Shown here piece after piece: positions 58,037-64,000 of a stretch of 64,000 nucleotides of DNA. Both the position numbers and the translations under genes were made by a program. Position 1 is the stretch's first letter. Each line of letters opens with the position of its first letter. The notes under the pieces were generated by a model. That model did not search any database and was not told the origin of the DNA. It saw only the letters and a list, made by a program, of their open reading frames with translations. Source of the stretch: an uncultured Acidobacteriota bacterium (GTDB lineage Bacteria; Acidobacteriota; Terriglobia; Terriglobales; Acidobacteriaceae); assembly GCA_963831435.1 (NCBI GenBank), contig CAWHQK010000082.1:22741-86740 (forward strand), in the 5' to 3' direction.

Positions 58037-59764
58037 ATGAACAAGCCTTCCACCATTTCGAGACGTAATTTGCTCAAGGCGATGGGAACAGTACTGGCTG
58101 CCGCGCCATTAGCGAGAGCTGGAGTCCAAGCTGCAAACTCTGTGAATTTTGTGGATATAGCGCGCTCGTCGGGGATTACTTTCCAGCACGAAAACGCAGC
58201 GTCAGCCGAGAAATACCTGATTGAAACCATGGGATCTGGATGCGGCTGGATTGACTATGACCAGAATGGATTGCTTGATCTTTATCTGGTCAACGGGGCA
58301 TCGACCCGCGCCCACAGTTTTGCGAAGCCGCCGCGAAGCGCTCTCTATCGCAACAACGGCGATGGAACTTTTACCGATGTCACTTCAAGAGCCGGTGTAG
58401 GCGCGGAAGACTTATTCGGCATGGGCGTGGCTGTCGGCGACTATGACAACGACGGCTTCCCAGACCTCTTCGTGCTTGGCTACGGCCGTTGTGTGCTGTA
58501 TCACAACAATGGCGACGGCACCTTCACGGATGTAACGAGAAAAGCAGGCGTGGGAAATACTGAACGCTGGGGCTCAAGTGCTGCCTGGTTCGATTACGAC
58601 AATGACGGACATCTGGATTTAGTGATTGCCAACTACGTGGACTGGTCTCCGGAGAACAATTTCTATTGTGGAGACCATGGGCCGGGGATGCGCAGCTACT
58701 GCCATCCTGATGATTTCCACGGTCAATCTCCCACTCTCTATCACAACAACGGGGACGGCACCTTCACTGATGTAAGCAAGTCATCCGGCGTGGGCGCAAA
58801 GCGCGGCAATGGTTTGGGCGTAGTCACATTTGATTACGACGACGACGGCTGGCAGGACATTTTTATCGCCAACGACCACATGCCGAATTATCTCTTCCAT
58901 AACAACCGGAATGGCACGTTCACGGAAGAGGGCTACGAAGCTGGTGTCGCGGTGAGTGGCGACGGCCAATTTGAAGCGGGCATGGGCACCGACGCAGCTG
59001 AAACTTCCGCCAATGGACGCATGGATATTGCCGTTACTCACCTCGACCTGCAGTTGGCGCGCCTATACAGGAATAGAGGAGATGGCACATTCGATGATGC
59101 GACGTTGCAATCCAAAATCGGCTACTCCACTTACCATGCGAGCGGCTTCGGAACCCGCTTCATGGATTATGACAATGATGGCCGCCGCGATCTGTTCATG
59201 GCCAATGGCCACGTGCTGGACAATATTGAGAGGTACCACGCTGATACGCATTATGCCGAGCCAAAATTCATGTTTCGTAACATGGGCGGCGGTATCTTTC
59301 AAAACGTCAGCAATCTTCTCGGGCCGGACTTCCAACTGCCGCGAGTAAGCCGCGGCGCGGCCATTGCCGACTTCGACAACGACGGCGACCTCGATATTCT
59401 GGTAAATAACAACGGTCAAGTTCCTCAGCTTCTGCGGAATGATGGCGGGAATGCCAATCATTGGCTGCAAATTTTGTTGATCGGCACCAAATCCAATCGC
59501 GATGGAGTGGGTGCCCGCGTCAAAGTTTCCGCCGGAGACCTTGTTCTTGTTGATCAAAGAAAAGGGGGCATGAGTTACCAGTCGGCGCAGGATCCCCGAT
59601 TGCATTTCGGGCTGGGGCAACATACAAAAGTGGATGCGATAGAAATTCGTTGGCCCAGCGGAATGGTGACAAAACTGGGGAATTTAAAAGCTGACCAGAT
59701 TATTGCCGTTCAGGAAGGCTCTGGAATTGTGGAGCGGCCATTCCCTCGTGTTCCACAGAAATGA
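58037..59764 (+). CDS. CRTAC1-family protein (FG-GAP/VCBS + ASPIC/UnbV), Tat-like signal
   Basis: Signal STISRRNLLKAMGTVLAAAPLARA. Repeats DYDNDGFPDLFVLG, DYDNDGHLDLVIAN and [14 protein letters not shown]-terminal module: NHWLQILLIGTKSNRDGVGARV...HFGLG...IEIRWPSG. Confidence 0.88.
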   Translation: MNKPSTISRRNLLKAMGTVLAAAPLARAGVQAANSVNFVDIARSSGITFQHENAASAEKYLIETMGSGCGWIDYDQNGLLDLYLVNGASTRAHSFAKPPRSALYRNNGDGTFTDVTSRAGVGAEDLFGMGVAVGDYDNDGFPDLFVLGYGRCVLYHNNGDGTFTDVTRKAGVGNTERWGSSAAWFDYDNDGHLDLVIANYVDWSPENNFYCGDHGPGMRSYCHPDDFHGQSPTLYHNNGDGTFTDVSKSSGVGAKRGNGLGVVTFDYDDDGWQDIFIANDHMPNYLFHNNRNGTFTEEGYEAGVAVSGDGQFEAGMGTDAAETSANGRMDIAVTHLDLQLARLYRNRGDGTFDDATLQSKIGYSTYHASGFGTRFMDYDNDGRRDLFMANGHVLDNIERYHADTHYAEPKFMFRNMGGGIFQNVSNLLGPDFQLPRVSRGAAIADFDNDGDLDILVNNNGQVPQLLRNDGGNANHWLQILLIGTKSNRDGVGARVKVSAGDLVLVDQRKGGMSYQSAQDPRLHFGLGQHTKVDAIEIRWPSGMVTKLGNLKADQIIAVQEGSGIVERPFPRVPQK

Positions 59765-59767
59765 CTC

Positions 59768-60919
59768 TCATCGCGATTCTTTTTCATTGTTATTGGCATC
59801 CGCGTTGGCGGCGGCGTCTCTTTCCATAACGTAGCCGGCTTTGCTGTCGCCGGACGCCGCGGCGATGCGCGCTTCTTGCTGACGGTTCAAATCACTTAGG
59901 ATTTTTAGCATCTGTTGTGCTTGTTTAAGATCTCCGTGCCGCCGGTAAGCCGTCGCCAGGTTCGTATATGAAGATGGGTTATCGGGTTCGAGACGCCGCG
60001 CGATTTCCAGATGTGAGATCGCGTCATCGAGACGATTCTCCATTAAGTAAAGTCTCCCTAAATCAATTTGTACTCCAGCGTCATTGGGGCGGGCTGCGAC
60101 AGATTCTTCAAAAGCCGCCTTGGCTTCGGCGAACTCACGCTGACCCGGCGTAAGGCCAGAACGAAAAAGCGCCTGTCCGAGAATCGTTAGCAAAGCGGCG
60201 GTCTGGTGATGGTTTGCAATTCCCTCGCGGGCTATCCGAATCGATTCCGAAATGTTTCCGGCGAATAAATTTTCCTGCGCTTGAGCAATGAAGGCGATAT
60301 CGCTGCCGGGCTCGAGCTTAGCGGCAATTTCGAAATCCTTTCGGGCAATGTCCATTTGATCGAGATGGGCCAGAAATGTTCCGCGCTGGTAATGAAGCCG
60401 TGCTGATTGGGGAAGATTCTGCAAACCGGCATCAACGATCTTGAGGCCAAGGTGGTAATTCTGGCTGTCCGTGCAGGCGTCAGCAACAAACAAATATAGC
60501 TTTTCGTTCGTGGGCGCGAGCGCGGCAGCTTTTTCAAAACTTTCGAGCGCCTGTTGAGGTTGGTCATCGCCCACATAAGCTTGGGCCAGTAAGTTGTAAA
60601 CATTCGCGTCGTGCGGACCACCAGCCAAGGAAGTCAAAAGGGGGATTGCACTATTGAATTGGCCGGTCGCAACATAACACAGAGCCAAATCAAAGTTTGC
60701 TGCATATTCGTCTGACACATGACCGCGCGCCTCCAGAAGATGAGGAATGGCCGCGGCGAAATCACCGTTACTGGTTAGCTTGATTCCAGCCTGCAATTCG
60801 GCTTCGAGTTCCGCGGAGTTATTCGTTCTTCCCTGGGATTCAGAGTCAGTGGGGCTCTGTTGCGCAAAACACACTACGGTGAAAAGCATAAGAACAAAAA
60901 TGAATGCCACGTGCCTCAT
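59768..60919 (-). CDS. secreted TPR-repeat protein
   Basis: Signal peptide FIFVLMLFTVVCFAQ followed by TPR units (for example ANVYNLLAQAYVGDDQPQQALESFEKAAALAP). It starts 21 nt after the stop of the upstream CRTAC1 gene. Confidence 0.85.
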   Translation of the reverse strand: MRHVAFIFVLMLFTVVCFAQQSPTDSESQGRTNNSAELEAELQAGIKLTSNGDFAAAIPHLLEARGHVSDEYAANFDLALCYVATGQFNSAIPLLTSLAGGPHDANVYNLLAQAYVGDDQPQQALESFEKAAALAPTNEKLYLFVADACTDSQNYHLGLKIVDAGLQNLPQSARLHYQRGTFLAHLDQMDIARKDFEIAAKLEPGSDIAFIAQAQENLFAGNISESIRIAREGIANHHQTAALLTILGQALFRSGLTPGQREFAEAKAAFEESVAARPNDAGVQIDLGRLYLMENRLDDAISHLEIARRLEPDNPSSYTNLATAYRRHGDLKQAQQMLKILSDLNRQQEARIAAASGDSKAGYVMERDAAANADANNNEKESR

Positions 60920-60940
60920 GCGTTCTCTACTTCCCGGAAT

Positions 60941-62674
60941 TTACTTCCATTCTTTTTGCCCTTCGGTGATGGTGATATAGCGGTCAATTGGCAAATCCGT
61001 AAATCGTTCTACCTTGCCGCTCGGCTGGGGCCAGCGCACTTCGATCCAATCAAGTTTAGTCCTCTGGCCCAATCCTAAAATCATTCTTGGATCGTGCGCG
61101 GAAAGATAGCTTCCTCCACCGACCTTGTACCGGTGCCGCTGAAAGTCCCCTGACTGGTAAGTGATTTTCGCGCCGACGGCATCCACATTGGCTTTAGTCC
61201 CAACCAGGCGCACGCCCAGCCAATGGTTCTGTAATCCTGCATTGTTGCGCAGCAAAATCGGCGCATCGTTGTTCTGAGCTACGAGCACATCCACTGAGCC
61301 GTCATTGTTGAAGTCGCCGAGGGCCACCCCTCGCCCCGCGAGCGGAGTGGAAAAAATGGGGCCGCTCTGTTCGCTGACATTCTGAAATCCGCGCTCTGTA
61401 TTCCGGAATAACAGCATTGGCTCCCGATATTTCACATTGGCCAGCCGCTCTTCTACCTTGTCGTCCGGATGTCCATTGCACAAAAGAAGGTCAATCTCGC
61501 CGTCATTATCGTAATCAGAAAAACTTCAGCCCCCAACCGCTCAACAGGCGTGTGGCTGGACCAATGCCTGTGGGATTTGCAATATCACTGAAGACTTCGT
61601 TTTTGTCATTGCGGTAAATCGAAAACATTTCCTGATCAACGTTGGCTTCAAAAAGATCAATCCAGCCGTCCTGGTTATAGTCCGCGGCATCAACACCCAT
61701 GCCGGAGCGCGGATGACCAAACACATTGACTCCAACGCCCGCGAGCAGTCCGATCTCCTCGAAACGGCCTTTGCCACGATTCGCAAACAGGAAATTCGGG
61801 ACGGTGTCATTGGTCACATAAAGGTCCATCAAGCCGTCATTATTTATGTCGGCAGCAACCACTCCCCAGGCCTTGGCCATGGAGGAGGCGATTCCGCTTT
61901 CCTTGCTGACGTCGGTAAACGTGCCGTCTCCATTATTGTGAAACAGCCTGCAGGGCATGGGATCGTAGATCGTGGGAATGCAATAGTGCCGTTCGCCGGT
62001 TGTCCGGTTGCCGCAGAACTTGAGCTTCTCTTTGCTATAGTCCACGAAGCGGCAAACAAAAAGATCAAGGCGCCCGTCGTTGTCATAATCAAACCACACC
62101 GCGCTGGTAGACCACCCGGCGCGTCCACGCCAGCCTTCGCCGTCACATCGCTGAATGTTCCGTCGCCATTGTTGTGGTAGAGAATGCTGCGGGGGTATTG
62201 CGTAACGTAGAGATCGGGGAAACCGTCGCCGTCATAATCTCCGACCGCGACACCCATGCCATAAGCATTTCCGGGAACTCCAGCTTTCGCGGTGACGTCA
62301 GTGAACGTGCCATCGCGGTTGTTGTGATAAAGCGCGTTGCTGAGGGGCTTCGCCGGCTGGAAAAAATCGCAGGGGCCGCTGTTCACCAGATAAATGTCCA
62401 TCCATCCATCGTTGTCGTAATCGAGAAATCCGCAACCCGGCCCTACCGTTTCCGGCAGATGCGCCATAGGAGAGCGCCCATTCACATGGCGCCAGGAAAT
62501 GCCGCTGCTCGATGCTGGAATTTGTTCGAATGCGGGCAAAGAATGCTTGGGAGCATCGAGTCCAAAGGCGGGAGGTGCGAATGCAATCTGTGCTGCCGCT
62601 CCAGCGGCGGTGCACAACTCAAGAAATCGGCGACGGGATATTCTGCCGCGTAAAGACTGCCGGGAGCTAGACAC
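60941..62674 (-). pseudogene. CRTAC1-family protein with Tat signal, interrupted by two frame breaks
   Basis: Tat signal [17 protein letters not shown]. ORFs 61844-62674, 61515-62099 and 60941-61483 are collinear parts of one gene. The breaks are at the G run near 62115-62117 ([17 protein letters not shown]) and near 61516-61519 (GLKFF-DYDNDGEIDLLLCNG). Confidence 0.8.
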
Positions 62675-62737
62675 TCAAAGAACCTCCAAGTGCGACTTTT
62701 CCCGTTCCGCGCATTGAAGGAAGCGGTTCAATTTCTG

Positions 62738-63700
62738 CTAATGCGCCGTCGTGGAGCCGGGCGGGGCGGAGCCTCCAGACGCTTTTGTAAGTTCGGTTTG
62801 TCGTGCCATCTCGCGCTGTGCGGCTTCTCTGTTGCCGGTACGTGCGTAAGCAATGGCAAGTTGGTAATGTCCTGCAGGGTCCGCATCTTCCAAGTGAACG
62901 TACTTCTCCAGCGGCGAAATAGCTTGGGAAAAATTTCCAGCTGAACATAATGACATGCCAAGCGCCAGATAGGCTTCCGAGAAGCCCGCATCCAGGTTTG
63001 CAGAGCGGGAAAAGTGCTGAACGGCAACGTCCCACTTTCCAGCCTGCCGTGCAATTTCGCCCAGCATGAATTCCGCAGAGGCATTGTTGGGATCAATCTT
63101 TAATTCTTCTTCGAACTCCCTGCTTGCATCCACGGTGGTAGTCGGAGTCGCCGGCTCAGCTAGCAGGATGCGTCCCAGCCGGTAGTGAATTTCCGGCAAG
63201 TGTGGATTTTTTTCCAGTATCTTGCGATATTCGGCGGTGGCTTCATCCCACTTGCCCTGCGACTCAAAACCTTCCGCATTGAGTTTGTGTACCTGATAAG
63301 AAGATGGAGCAGTCGCGAGTAGCTCGCGAGAAGCGCGGGAGGCCAGCTCAGAATAAAGATGCGTGCTGATGTAAAGCGTCTCAGGATCGTGGGGGAATTC
63401 GCGATTCAGGGAACTCAACGCATTCACCGCCGTTTCATTCTGGTCAAGGCTCATAGAGCAGCGAGTGAGCGCCATGAGGGCGCGATATTTCAGCTGCTTA
63501 TCGGAAACCCGCGCCACTTTTTCTTTTAGTATAGGCAGAGCACTTTTGCACTCTCCCTTTTCTGTAAGGCTGATTCCTCTTTCAACTGCAGCGCGCGCAT
63601 CCACGCTTGCCGGCTTTTGTGACGCTTGCGCGCAGGCGGAAACCACCATAAATTCGCCAAAAAAAACACCCGCGAGAGCCAAGCCAAGAAGCTTCAGCAT
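62738..63700 (-). CDS. secreted TPR-repeat protein (ORF open to 63727)
   Basis: The ATG at 63700 gives signal peptide MLKLLGLALAGVFFGEFMVVSACAQ, followed by TPR units (for example PEIHYRLGRILLAEP, AEFMLGEIARQAGKWDVAVQHFSRSANLD). Confidence 0.85.
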   Translation of the reverse strand: MLKLLGLALAGVFFGEFMVVSACAQASQKPASVDARAAVERGISLTEKGECKSALPILKEKVARVSDKQLKYRALMALTRCSMSLDQNETAVNALSSLNREFPHDPETLYISTHLYSELASRASRELLATAPSSYQVHKLNAEGFESQGKWDEATAEYRKILEKNPHLPEIHYRLGRILLAEPATPTTTVDASREFEEELKIDPNNASAEFMLGEIARQAGKWDVAVQHFSRSANLDAGFSEAYLALGMSLCSAGNFSQAISPLEKYVHLEDADPAGHYQLAIAYARTGNREAAQREMARQTELTKASGGSAPPGSTTAH

Positions 63701-63871
63701 GAAGAACCGCCCCTCGATTACCGGCATTATATCGACAACTTGAAATGAATATATTTCCGGCCAGCTCGTTTAGGATACAATATCCATATCCGCAGTATGT
63801 TTTTATCTTTCTGATTCTATGACGGTAGCGACTTCGCCACCTGTGCGATCCGCTCCATTGCCAGGAGGAGT

Positions 63872-64000
63872 ATGAAAGTCCAAGACGGTTTGTCCCGCAG
63901 AAAATTCATGGCGTCCCTTGCAATCGGCGGCGGAGTCGCGCTCCTGCCGAAACGATTGTTTGCGCAAGATCCCGTTGTGGACATGATTCAAAAAAACGGC
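63872..64000 (+). CDS. Tat-signal protein, 3' end cut by window edge
   Basis: AGGAGG at 63863-63868, then ATG. Hand translation: MKVQDGLSRRKFMASLAIGGGVALLPKRLFAQDPVVDMIQKNG (twin-arginine motif SRRKFM). Not in the ORF track because it is truncated. Confidence 0.6.
   Translation, partial: MKVQDGLSRRKFMASLAIGGGVALLPKRLFAQDPVVDMIQKNG

Noticed and set aside
1-64000. CRISPR arrays, rRNA genes, transposases/IS elements, toxin-antitoxin or known defence systems
   Set aside because: I looked for regularly spaced short repeats, rRNA-like conserved stretches, DDE/HUH transposase motifs and typical defence-gene motifs in the ORF track. None was found apart from the integrase at the left edge.

Overview
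A 64-kb chromosomal segment, most likely from an Acidobacteriota (Terriglobia-like) genome. That assignment is an inference from two features: giant TonB-dependent receptors whose N-termini resemble carboxypeptidase-regulatory domains, and a large expansion of CRTAC1 (ASPIC/UnbV) and TPR paralogues. I saw no rRNA, CRISPR array, transposase or recognisable defence system.

Layout:
1. 1-1.2 kb: a 5'-truncated tyrosine integrase converging on tRNA-Glu(UUC). This marks the edge of an integrated element lying left of the window.
2. 1.4-17.5 kb: mixed stress and envelope genes. These are DinB, a Bcp peroxiredoxin, an NTF2-like protein, tRNA-Leu(CAA) followed by an AT-richer orphan segment, GH9, a hybrid histidine kinase, a Kelch propeller, two low-complexity secreted proteins and a CusF-like/SCO fusion.
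3. 17.6-37.7 kb: a plant-polysaccharide region with an intact TonB-dependent receptor (TBDR), GH51, a GH5-like gene, GH43 and three CRTAC1 genes with TPR partners. LacI/PurR-type AAACGTTT palindromes sit in its promoter regions.
4. 37.8-53.7 kb: a trans-4-hydroxyproline catabolic cluster (epimerase, three-subunit D-Hyp dehydrogenase, DHDPS-like deaminase, APC permease, GntR regulator). It is co-oriented with a GH27 gene, a DPP-IV-like S9 peptidase and two large unknown secreted proteins. Two near-identical sigma70-like promoters, each carrying a conserved palindrome in its spacer, precede the two gene strings.
5. 53.9-64 kb: a second TBDR, two more CRTAC1 genes and two TPR genes.

At least 14 single-nucleotide frame breaks fall in six genes between 40 and 63 kb. 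I found none in the first 40 kb.

The best candidates for undescribed biology are the recurrent CRTAC1 + TPR (+TBDR) module, including a parvulin/TPR-like/CRTAC1 fusion, and the apparent coupling of hydroxyproline catabolism to glycosidases and a prolyl peptidase. The latter suggests a locus for using hydroxyproline-rich plant glycoproteins.
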